A DNA stretch of 64,000 nt, from IMG/VR virus record IMGVR_UViG_3300032092_000013, positions 34,613-98,612 of that record. One strand, given 5' to 3'. Source of the stretch: a virus. Below are positions 19,187 through 27,473 of this stretch, one piece after another. Numbering within the stretch: the first letter of the stretch is position 1; every line of letters starts with the position of its first letter. The notes beneath the pieces are model-generated. The model was given only the letters and a program-made list of their open reading frames with translations, was not told the origin of the DNA and made no database searches. Position numbers and translations under genes: made by a program.

Positions 19187-19594
19187 ATGTTACGTGCTGT
19201 AATTATTCTTTTTGTGACATCAGGCACAATATCATATATATTTTCTAGTGATGTAAAAACATTTTTTGGTTGGATGATTTGCTTATCTTTTTTGCAAATT
19301 ATATTTTATAATGTTTGGAATACATTTCTCAATGTTATTAATGAAAAAAATCAAATTGAAATTTTGAAAGAATATTCTAAACAAGGCTGTAACGTAAAAT
19401 GTCCATGTGATAAAGCAATTGATAATTTCATCCCTATTAGGTTAGATGAAGATAATTCATATCGTTGTTTAGAATGTAATAAAAATGTTCGTGTTAATCT
19501 AGAAATCAAGACATTTCTGCAAACAGAACCGGTAAAGTTAGAAAAATCTGAAGCTTATAATTTAGTATACAAAGAAAATGGAGAACCAGTTTAA
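19187..19594 (+). CDS. Membrane protein with two TM helices and a Cys4 zinc-ribbon-like domain
   Basis: Two hydrophobic N-terminal segments; CPC...CLEC. Confidence 0.6.
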   Translation: MLRAVIILFVTSGTISYIFSSDVKTFFGWMICLSFLQIIFYNVWNTFLNVINEKNQIEILKEYSKQGCNVKCPCDKAIDNFIPIRLDEDNSYRCLECNKNVRVNLEIKTFLQTEPVKLEKSEAYNLVYKENGEPV

Positions 19595-19985
19595 TTCAAA
19601 AGAATTGCAAAATATAACAGAAAAACTTTCTTCGCCAACCGCTTTCAATGAAGAAAGAGTAAAACGTGCAGATATTATTAATATTGTCGAAAAGTATTGT
19701 TTACAACAAACCCACCGCACGTTCAAAGCATATGAAAAAGGTTATAGCTTAGCAAAGAAATCAAACAATATAAATCTTTTAAAAGAAATTGTATCTTCTG
19801 TTAAAAATTACATTATCGATAATCTAGAAGACAGTGAAAAAAGAATTGCATATAAGAAATTAGATTTACTATTTGAATCATTAGATAGCATAATAGATCT
19901 TATGGGGCACGATTTTGAAAAACAAATAAATCATGATTTAGTTTATTTTTTGTTAGGAAACCTATTAAAAAATATACATGAATAA
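19578..19985 (+). CDS. Hypothetical protein
   Basis: Overlap-coupled 135-aa ORF. Confidence 0.55.
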   Translation: MENQFNSKELQNITEKLSSPTAFNEERVKRADIINIVEKYCLQQTHRTFKAYEKGYSLAKKSNNINLLKEIVSSVKNYIIDNLEDSEKRIAYKKLDLLFESLDSIIDLMGHDFEKQINHDLVYFLLGNLLKNIHE

Positions 19986-20271
19986 AAATATTGAAGTTAC
20001 TATTGGTGATCATAAGATGTCAGTTGAAACATATGCTCGTTGGCTTTGCTTGATCGAAGCTTTGGATATTGTTACTAAGACTGCTGAAGAGCATAATATT
20101 GATTTGAATAAAAGAACAGATTGGATTAAACCGTTAGACTTCCAAAAGTATATTGTAGAAAGAGCACCAGCTATGATTCATGACGTAAAGGTTGAAGAAT
20201 TCATCTATGATCTAGAAATTCTTAAGGAAGAGGATTTCCGTAGCAATGAAAATTGCGCACCTTCAATTTAA
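19978..20271 (+). CDS. Hypothetical protein
   Basis: Overlap-coupled 97-aa ORF. Confidence 0.55.
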   Translation: MNKNIEVTIGDHKMSVETYARWLCLIEALDIVTKTAEEHNIDLNKRTDWIKPLDFQKYIVERAPAMIHDVKVEEFIYDLEILKEEDFRSNENCAPSI

Positions 20272-20842
20272 ATCCATCACTACCTTGTATGGGTGTAGCA
20301 AATGATATGCCCATATATAATTTTTGGGGTTCTAGAAAAGTTGATAATGTTTCAACTGATGAAATTAATTTATAATTAAAATTTTCATCACAATAAAATG
20401 AATTTAATGTATTTCCTTTATTCGTTAATTGGAATCTTAATGTCTGCCAGATATTAGAATTAATGTAAAAATCTAATCCATGTGATGTGACTAAATCAAA
20501 TTGTGTACCTTTTCTATAAGTGAGTGAATTAAAAATAGGTAAAGACAATCCTGTATTAAATCCAGACCCGGATGTTCCAAAATAACCAGTTGTGTCGAAT
20601 CCCATCGCCAAAAAATTTGCATCAACACCGTTATAATTGTCTGTGCCTGATACAAAAGGACCATAACCCAATCCATATTTTATACCACCTTGACTTTGTG
20701 CCGATAGAAAATTTAAAAAAGTAGTAAATCCACCACCACCAAAAACACCCGGATCATTTTCTATTTTATAAGAGAATGACCATATGATATCTTTAGAAGC
20801 ATCAAAAGCGGAAATACAGGTAAAGTTCATTCCAGTCGACAT
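20222..20842 (-). CDS. L-type (ConA/legume) lectin-like virion protein
   Basis: WSFSY...GGGFTTFL...GLGY...LAMGFDT...WQTLRF...KLYMGISFAT follows the L-type lectin strand order; late promoter at 20849-20854. Confidence 0.6.
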   Translation of the reverse strand: MSTGMNFTCISAFDASKDIIWSFSYKIENDPGVFGGGGFTTFLNFLSAQSQGGIKYGLGYGPFVSGTDNYNGVDANFLAMGFDTTGYFGTSGSGFNTGLSLPIFNSLTYRKGTQFDLVTSHGLDFYINSNIWQTLRFQLTNKGNTLNSFYCDENFNYKLISSVETLSTFLEPQKLYMGISFATPIQGSDGFKLKVRNFHCYGNPLP

Positions 20843-20873
20843 TAAAAGTATTTAATAAGTGTAAATACTTTCA

Positions 20874-23495
20874 ATGTCCGGAAATGCACGTTTTCATGAT
20901 AAATTACACAGAGCCAATCACCATACATTGTCTACTGGTGGTTTATTGGATAGTGCTTATGATCCTATTGCTTCGCCAGAACACCCATTTCGAGGTGATT
21001 TCATATTAAGCGGTGGCCTGTCAGCATTGGGTGATATAATAGCAAATGGGTTAACAATCAAAAACGCAATAAATATTGAAGGTAATACTACCACACAAAA
21101 TCAAACTATTGTAGGTAGTTTAGAATTGCATAAACAACATTATGGCGGAACCGCTATATACGCAATCAATCCCACTACAAACCCCCAACCATATACATTA
21201 TCAATAAATTATCAAAATGGTGTTTTTGTTTCAGATAATTTTTATGTAGGTGGCAATACAATTACAAATGATATAACAGCAAACGGCACAATATATGGAA
21301 AATTGCCAGCAATAGGGATATATGCACCAAATACATGGGATATCAGCAGCAGCTATTATACTTTATGTTCTCTTTCAGCTAATTGGACACAAGCAACTAC
21401 ATGGGTGAATACAAATTCATCCAATATGTCAGTAAATAATTTACTTGTTACTGGTAATTTAACAGCGTTGGGTTCTACTACATTAGTTAATTTGACTACG
21501 AATACATCTGATTCTCTCAGTGTAGTAAATGTAGGTTTGGCTGTACCGGCAATATATGCCGAAATTGTTACTGCAGATAAACCAGTTTTATCATTAAAAC
21601 AAAACGGAATTGGGCCAATTTTATCAGCTACTAGTACTAATTCGACATTTATAATAGGGAATAGTGGTTGGGTGGGCATAGGAGGTACGCCTTCTACACA
21701 ATTAGATATATATGCATTATCATCTACTGTAGATGGTGGTAATTTAAAATTGAGGGGTGCTACAGGTTCAAGTAAAAACTATGTTGTATCTGTAAAAAAT
21801 TCAAATTTAAATTTTTCTCACACACCTACTAATAGTGATACAAAAACGGTAGCGATGGCCGTTACGCCTTCTAATCAATTATCGATAAATGCAGAATCAG
21901 TACCGGGTTGGGCGGGTACTGACCCCAAACTTTATGTGGCCGGTGGATTTCTTTTATCGGGATCCAATCAAACAATAGTCGAGAATATAGATTATCAAAA
22001 TATTTATAATTATGATAATATGGTGCCCGAAAGAGGCGGCGCGATAACAAGAATATATAATTTATCGGGTAATAGTGCCACACCTTTATCCGGATTTAGC
22101 TCAAACCCCGGATACAATGCGCCGGGTTACTATACTGCTTGGAGTATGAGAGTTTATCCGTATGTTGGTGGTACATTGGGCAGTGGTTATGGCGCCTTGG
22201 GCGGCGGCGGTGTTGCGCGCATAGATATTGGTTATGAGGGGCTACAATCACAAGCAGAATTAAAGGGTGTAATTTCATTTGCTACATTATGCGCATCACA
22301 AATCACTTCAGTTCCTGGTACTGTGGAACGCATGCGTATAAATTCAGTTGGTAATGTAGGTATAGGAATATCACTACCAACATATAGATTACACGTTTTG
22401 GGAGACAATGATAATGATATAAACTTCATGACCAATGGTACTTTGGGTGTTTATAATAAATTGGATGCAAATAGATCTTATGGATTTTTATCTGTATCCC
22501 AACAGTACACATTACTCGGATCTAATTTAAGATTATCTGGTGAAACAGCATCGCCAGTTTACAAAAAAGGTACAAACGCGCGCGCTGGTGCAGGCATATT
22601 AATATATAATGCAAATGGCACCAACGCAATACCTACTACAAAATTTGTATATTCACCAGATACAGATAATGATTTGTATACTGTAAGTGAATCAATGGTG
22701 ATAAGCGGGGCTGATGTAATTATACCCGGTAATTTATATATTAATGGTGATTTTTACGGGAATGCAACGTATAGGTCTTTGACATCAAATTGGCAAAATA
22801 CTTATAGTACAGTCAATAGCAATAGTGCTACTACATGGTCCTATCAAGGAGCAGACTTAAAGGCTTTAACAGGCAATTGGCAGAATACTTATAGTACAGT
22901 ATCTACTATGAGTGCTATATGGAGCAGCACATTGCCTACCGATCACACAAAATGGGATAGTACATATAATACTGTTAGTTCCTTAAGCAGTAATTGGCAG
23001 AATACTTATAGTACAGTCAATAGCAATAGTGCTACTACATGGTCCTATCAAGGAGCAGACTTAAAGGCTTTAACAGGCAATTGGCAGAATACTTATAGTA
23101 CAGTCAATAGCAATAGTGCTACTTGGAATGCTGTTACTACATATGTAAAATTTAAATCATATTCCGAAACATCTGTGACAGTATCTATTCCTGGTACTTT
23201 TATATATGCAGTAGATTTGTCACAAGGCACAGTATTTCCAATTACATTAGATAAAAATATTACAAGTTTCCAACTTCAAAATATACCAACAGGTGTTAAT
23301 TCGTTTTTGATACTTTTAACACAAGATGGAACAGGCGGCAAGACAGTAACGTGGGCATTTACTGGAAAAACAATTAAATGGAGTGGCGGTGCACCTACTG
23401 TTACATCTACAGCAAATGCTACCGACATATACTCTTTTATGAGTGTAGATGGAAATACCTGGTACGGATCAGTAGCAGGCAAAAACTTTGTTTAA
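20874..23495 (+). CDS. Tail/virion fibre protein
   Basis: Rich in S/T/G/N; GNVGIG and ERMRI fibre repeats, NWQNTYSTV repeats, C-terminal LTQDGTGGKTVTW...DIYSF domain; late promoter at 20862-20867. Confidence 0.85.
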   Translation: MSGNARFHDKLHRANHHTLSTGGLLDSAYDPIASPEHPFRGDFILSGGLSALGDIIANGLTIKNAINIEGNTTTQNQTIVGSLELHKQHYGGTAIYAINPTTNPQPYTLSINYQNGVFVSDNFYVGGNTITNDITANGTIYGKLPAIGIYAPNTWDISSSYYTLCSLSANWTQATTWVNTNSSNMSVNNLLVTGNLTALGSTTLVNLTTNTSDSLSVVNVGLAVPAIYAEIVTADKPVLSLKQNGIGPILSATSTNSTFIIGNSGWVGIGGTPSTQLDIYALSSTVDGGNLKLRGATGSSKNYVVSVKNSNLNFSHTPTNSDTKTVAMAVTPSNQLSINAESVPGWAGTDPKLYVAGGFLLSGSNQTIVENIDYQNIYNYDNMVPERGGAITRIYNLSGNSATPLSGFSSNPGYNAPGYYTAWSMRVYPYVGGTLGSGYGALGGGGVARIDIGYEGLQSQAELKGVISFATLCASQITSVPGTVERMRINSVGNVGIGISLPTYRLHVLGDNDNDINFMTNGTLGVYNKLDANRSYGFLSVSQQYTLLGSNLRLSGETASPVYKKGTNARAGAGILIYNANGTNAIPTTKFVYSPDTDNDLYTVSESMVISGADVIIPGNLYINGDFYGNATYRSLTSNWQNTYSTVNSNSATTWSYQGADLKALTGNWQNTYSTVSTMSAIWSSTLPTDHTKWDSTYNTVSSLSSNWQNTYSTVNSNSATTWSYQGADLKALTGNWQNTYSTVNSNSATWNAVTTYVKFKSYSETSVTVSIPGTFIYAVDLSQGTVFPITLDKNITSFQLQNIPTGVNSFLILLTQDGTGGKTVTWAFTGKTIKWSGGAPTVTSTANATDIYSFMSVDGNTWYGSVAGKNFV
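22788..23104 (+). repeat. 113-bp direct repeat inside the fibre gene (22788-22900 and 22992-23104)
   Basis: The copies differ at one synonymous position (CAA/CAG); a 26-bp core aattggca(a/g)aatacttatagtacagt occurs four times. Confidence 0.9.
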
Positions 23496-23797
23496 TTAAA
23501 AATCACCGCCTTGAACTACATCAACATCACGTTGAATAAAGTCATTCATAGTATCGTTTACATTTGTAATAACAATATTTTTAATTTGATTAAATGCTAC
23601 TGAAGGTGGTGTCACTATTTGATCACCGTCACCGCCCTCTCCTTCTTCGGGACCCACTGAAAACCCACCGTAGACAGAAGTATTATTTACTGACATATCA
23701 AAATAGAGTTTACTCTCTTCATCAGTGCTGCCTGGATATGATTTTCTGGGTGTTGGTGTTGATCCTGGTATTGACATAAAAATTAAAAATCACCGCC
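23494..23797. repeat. 17-bp direct repeat aattaaaaatcaccgcc at 23494-23510 and 23781-23797
   Basis: Encodes the identical GGDF-stop ends of two adjacent minus-strand ORFs. Confidence 0.85.
23496..23777 (-). CDS. Small acidic protein, probable detached C-terminal part of the gp14 neck protein
   Basis: Starts 5 nt after the gp14 stop; contains an FDMSVNNTSVYGGF segment; ends in GGDF like gp14. Confidence 0.5.
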   Translation of the reverse strand: MSIPGSTPTPRKSYPGSTDEESKLYFDMSVNNTSVYGGFSVGPEEGEGGDGDQIVTPPSVAFNQIKNIVITNVNDTMNDFIQRDVDVVQGGDF

Positions 23798-24589
23798 ATC
23801 ATCAGCGGGGTTGGGTAAAGGTTCAATTATACCGCCGTCTACTGCATCCGCAAAGTCACCTACATAATCACCTAATTCATCCGGGAAATTATTTTCAACT
23901 AAATTTTCAACGAAAGTAATTGGTATATTATTTGTTAACGGATCTTCTGTTATGTTTGTAGACAATAGACCTGCAAATGTATCGTCATAAACCTGATCAT
24001 TTTTAGATTCACCAGATATACCAGGTTGAAATGAATACTCAAGACGTTTAGCTGCTAATCGCCATGTGTAATGACCACCCAAAGGATTGATATCAGAAAT
24101 ATCCTGATCACGTCTTTCTGTTATAATAAAATAATTGCCAGCTCTGCCATGTGATCTAGTACTCCCATATTCAGTCATACAAAATACATCTCCTGCTTTA
24201 GGCTCTACTGGTTGATCTAAACTTAAGTAAATCCAATCTTCTGTGAAGACTCTTTTGTATCCTTGTATAGAAACGAATGCTGTTATTTCATCCTCTGCAT
24301 TGAACCCAAATTTTGATAATGCTAATGAAGATTCATTTAGATTAATGATCATCTTTATTGTATAGGGTCCATGATATACCATGGTGGGCTGTTCGCCATA
24401 TAAATTATCTGCACTAGTAGGTTGATATGTATTGACAAAATATTCTACTTTTTGACCCAATAAATTAATTGATTCATCTACTGTATTTTGAATTAATTGC
24501 ATATCGGGTTGTAAGCGAGTCTTATCATATAATTCATAACAAAGACTTCCATTTCCGGCCCCCGAATAATAACATGTATAAGTAGACAT
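23783..24589 (-). CDS. gp14: Neck protein / head-tail connector
   Basis: ESINLLGQKVEY, DNLYGE, LSKFGFNAEDEITAFVS, EPKAGD. Confidence 0.8.
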   Translation of the reverse strand: MSTYTCYYSGAGNGSLCYELYDKTRLQPDMQLIQNTVDESINLLGQKVEYFVNTYQPTSADNLYGEQPTMVYHGPYTIKMIINLNESSLALSKFGFNAEDEITAFVSIQGYKRVFTEDWIYLSLDQPVEPKAGDVFCMTEYGSTRSHGRAGNYFIITERRDQDISDINPLGGHYTWRLAAKRLEYSFQPGISGESKNDQVYDDTFAGLLSTNITEDPLTNNIPITFVENLVENNFPDELGDYVGDFADAVDGGIIEPLPNPADDGGDF

Positions 24590-24590
24590 T

Positions 24591-24947
24591 TTATTTGTTG
24601 GTAAGAACGTATTGCCCTGTGTTATTAATAGAAAGAAAAACCTGATTAGTAGAATCGCCAGATCTACCCAATGCTACTTTTTCTCCTTCTTTTGTAGGAA
24701 AATTATGTTGAGGATATGTAAGTTTTATATATTGTTCAAAAGGTTTTGTCACAACTAAAAATGAGGCAGCACCTGATCTTAAATTTTCTATTGCCTCTTC
24801 ATATTCATTTGTCTTTCTATTAACTGCATATGTCATGTTGAAATTACCAGCAGTTTTTTTACCAAATCCCTTAAATGCATTCAAATGATGCGGATTTCTT
24901 TCTCCCTTTCTATTCTCTAAATAAAATTCCTTAAAAGTAGGAAACAT
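24591..24947 (-). CDS. Late hypothetical protein with a capsid-targeting-like N-terminus
   Basis: MFPTFKEFYLE resembles the T4 internal-protein leader MKTYQEFIAE; TAAATA at 24953-24958. Confidence 0.6.
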   Translation of the reverse strand: MFPTFKEFYLENRKGERNPHHLNAFKGFGKKTAGNFNMTYAVNRKTNEYEEAIENLRSGAASFLVVTKPFEQYIKLTYPQHNFPTKEGEKVALGRSGDSTNQVFLSINNTGQYVLTNK

Positions 24948-24967
24948 ATTATTATTTATGTTTAAAC

Positions 24968-25000
24968 AAAAAAAGAGACTCTACTTTCATAGAGTCTCTT
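24968..25000 (-). terminator. Rho-independent terminator
   Basis: 11-bp stem aagagactcta/tagagtctctt with a 6-nt loop and a U-run on the minus strand, downstream of the 25024-25761 gene. Confidence 0.8.
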
Positions 25001-25023
25001 AAAATTATTAGCTTACTAAAAAA

Positions 25024-25761
25024 TTAAGAACCGAAGATTGTTCCTGATGTACTAAATCCAGCGACCTTATTATTCTTGTTTTGAAGTGTTTCGGGCTTAC
25101 CGCTAAATGCTTTTGGTTCTGCTTCCAAAGCTGGAATGCTTCCTGTATGTGCTTTACCACCAGCTGCTTTGTATTTAGAAGAAACTTTATTATCTCTCTT
25201 TTGAAGAGTTTCTGCTTTTGCGCCAAAAGGTTTTGGCTCTGCAACAACTTCAATGGATTCACCCATTGCACCTTCATCTTCACCTTCACCACCGAAATCT
25301 TCTCCGCCTTCTTCTCCACCTTCACCATCAAGCTCTCCTTCATCTTCACCAACTCCGCCCATAGCTCCTTGGATAAGATCGATAAGCTTTTCTGCTGTAG
25401 CACGATCAAGTGTAATGGTAACTTCATCCCCACCACCGAGATCTTCTCCGCCTTCACCACCACCAACATCAATACCGAGATCAGCAGCATCATCTCCGCC
25501 ACCGAATTCAGAACCTGACATTACGTCTTCAAATAGTTTGTCGAATAAAAATTTACTCATATTGGATGTATTTATACTTTCTTTAGCTACTTTTTCGCAA
25601 GAGTCACAACTTTCTTCTCTTTTTGAAAAGTCAATTTCTTTGGGTTCTGCAACACCCATAGATGCCACACCTTTTTTACCAGCTATGGTGGGTGGTGTCA
25701 TGTAAGGGTGAATTTTCTTATCAGAGGTATTCTGAAATGTTGGTGAGCCTTTTTTGTTCAT
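25024..25761 (-). CDS. Acidic Gly/Glu-rich late protein, candidate prohead core/internal protein; nested in-frame start at 25560
   Basis: Low-complexity GGEGGED tracts and a duplicated EPKxF...ETLQ..NKV peptide; perfect TATAAATA upstream of both Met1 and the internal Met at 25560. Confidence 0.65.
   Translation of the reverse strand: MNKKGSPTFQNTSDKKIHPYMTPPTIAGKKGVASMGVAEPKEIDFSKREESCDSCEKVAKESINTSNMSKFLFDKLFEDVMSGSEFGGGDDAADLGIDVGGGEGGEDLGGGDEVTITLDRATAEKLIDLIQGAMGGVGEDEGELDGEGGEEGGEDFGGEGEDEGAMGESIEVVAEPKPFGAKAETLQKRDNKVSSKYKAAGGKAHTGSIPALEAEPKAFSGKPETLQNKNNKVAGFSTSGTIFGS
25569..25576 (-). promoter_or_regulatory. T4-type late promoter internal to the ORF
   Basis: TATAAATA 8 nt before the in-frame ATG at 25560. 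Confidence 0.65.
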
Positions 25762-25770
25762 ATAGATAAC

Positions 25771-25778
25771 TATTTATA
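25771..25778 (-). promoter_or_regulatory. T4-type late promoter
   Basis: TATAAATA 9 nt before ATG 25761. Confidence 0.7.
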
Positions 25779-25779
25779 C

Positions 25780-27462
25780 ATGGGCAGACAAAAAGTCTAT
25801 TTGAACAATCCTAATCTACCAACGGTTGACGCACAGTTTGATTACGGCATTGAAGAGATTAAAGAAATAAAAAAATGTCAAGACAATATATTACATTTTG
25901 CTGAAAATTATTTTCATATCATTGCTCCAGATGACGGCAAAATTAAAATACCACTTCATACTTATCAAAAGAAAGCATTGAGGATGATGCGGGATAATCG
26001 TTTCTCTCTATTATTATTTGCAAGACAAAGCGGCAAGAGTACTATATCGACTATCTATTGTTTATGGACTGCTTGCTTTAATGAACATCAAAATATTTTA
26101 ATTGTAGCCAATAAAGAAAGTACTGCTAAAGAAATTTTTAAAAGAATTCGATTAGCATATGAAGAATTGCCTAACTGGTTAAAACCTGGTGTGAAAGAAT
26201 ATGGAAAAGAATCCATGGAATTGGCAAACGGATCTCGCATAGGTATCACCACCACAACTGGTTCAGCAGGTCGTGGTAGTTCAGCTAATTTATTGTTTGT
26301 CGATGAAGCGGACTGGATTGAACCTCACTTGCTAGAAAGTTTTTGGGCTTCTGTGTATCCTATCATTTCAAATTCAAAGAAGTCTAAAATTATTATGGCT
26401 TCAACACCTAGAGATACCTCTGGTTTGTTTTTTAAATTATATGACGGTTCTGTAAAGAATGAAAATAGTTGGGTGCAAATGAAAGTACCTTGGTATGACG
26501 TTCCCGGAAGAGATGAAAAGTGGAAGAAAGAAACAATGGGTTCTATGGCTTCTCCAGAAGACTTTTTAAGAGAATTTGAATGTATATTTGATGAAGTAGG
26601 CGAAGCATCAATCAATGCAGCTACTTTTGATACACTAAGAACAAAAGCATCATCACCTGAATATGTTTACATGGATGGTTCTTATAAGATTTGGGATCTT
26701 CCAAAAGAAGGTAGGCTATATGTAGCTGGTGTTGATGTTGCAGAAGGTGTAGGCAAGGACAATACTGTTGTGCAAATTTTAGATCTAACTGATTTGCATG
26801 CCATTAATCAGGTTGCTGTATATTCATGTAATACTATTACTCCTATTGAATTTACTAGTAAATTGCATGAAATACTATTGCAATGGGGATCACCATTGCT
26901 ACTTATAGAGAGAGACAAGTGCGGTGCTCAAGTAGTTGATAATTTAAGAAAAGATTATCAGTATGAGAATATTATTTCTCATGGTTATAAAGAATTGAAT
27001 CGAAGCGTTATTCCATTGGGCGTCGTTTGTCATACTAATACAAAATATGATAATGTTATCAATCAAAGATATTGGATTAATACATTAGATGCTGTTAGAA
27101 TAAATGATGTACATACAGTAGAAGAACTAAGGGACTTCGTAAGGATGCCGAATGGGACATGGAAAGCTAAGAATGATAAACATGATGACCGCGTTATGTC
27201 TTTAGGTTGGGCATTATTAATATTACATGAAAAACTTGTCACAAAATATTTTGAAGTCATTACTATGGATGAGAATAATAAACCAGCGGTTATTCGTCCA
27301 TATGATTGGGGTGTAGGTTCATTTAAGAATCCAGGTGCTTTTTATATGAATGAAAAAGATTCTAGTCAATATAATGTTATTCCTACTTTTGTTGGGAGTC
27401 ATTTTGGGTTTGATGATGATTTAAATGATTTAATGCAGTCTGGTTGGAAACCTCTACAATGA
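25780..27462 (+). CDS. gp17: Terminase large subunit
   Basis: YLNNPNL, ARQSGKST Walker A, LFVDEA Walker B, ASTP, REFEC, GVDVAEG, HDDRVM. Confidence 0.97.
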   Translation: MGRQKVYLNNPNLPTVDAQFDYGIEEIKEIKKCQDNILHFAENYFHIIAPDDGKIKIPLHTYQKKALRMMRDNRFSLLLFARQSGKSTISTIYCLWTACFNEHQNILIVANKESTAKEIFKRIRLAYEELPNWLKPGVKEYGKESMELANGSRIGITTTTGSAGRGSSANLLFVDEADWIEPHLLESFWASVYPIISNSKKSKIIMASTPRDTSGLFFKLYDGSVKNENSWVQMKVPWYDVPGRDEKWKKETMGSMASPEDFLREFECIFDEVGEASINAATFDTLRTKASSPEYVYMDGSYKIWDLPKEGRLYVAGVDVAEGVGKDNTVVQILDLTDLHAINQVAVYSCNTITPIEFTSKLHEILLQWGSPLLLIERDKCGAQVVDNLRKDYQYENIISHGYKELNRSVIPLGVVCHTNTKYDNVINQRYWINTLDAVRINDVHTVEELRDFVRMPNGTWKAKNDKHDDRVMSLGWALLILHEKLVTKYFEVITMDENNKPAVIRPYDWGVGSFKNPGAFYMNEKDSSQYNVIPTFVGSHFGFDDDLNDLMQSGWKPLQ

Positions 27463-27473
27463 TAAATAGAAGC

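Noticed and set aside
22788-23104. Diversity-generating retroelement TR/VR pair (prompted by the repeat and the Mtd_N-like genes)
   Set aside because: Both copies are in-frame coding repeats with one synonymous difference, they are not at a C-terminus, and there is no reverse transcriptase in the window.
22788-23123. CRISPR-like array of 26-bp repeats
   Set aside because: The spacers are duplicated or of unequal length (periods 87, 117 and 87 bp) and the region is in-frame protein repeat.
25008-25705. Overlapping ORFs 25008-25502(-), 25081-25518(+) and 25253-25705(+)
   Set aside because: Shadow frames of a low-complexity Gly/Glu gene; no promoter-start cassette.
3014-27462. Introns or inteins in the polymerase, UvsX, helicase, primase or terminase
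   Set aside because: All are contiguous and of normal length, with no splice or homing-endonuclease motifs.
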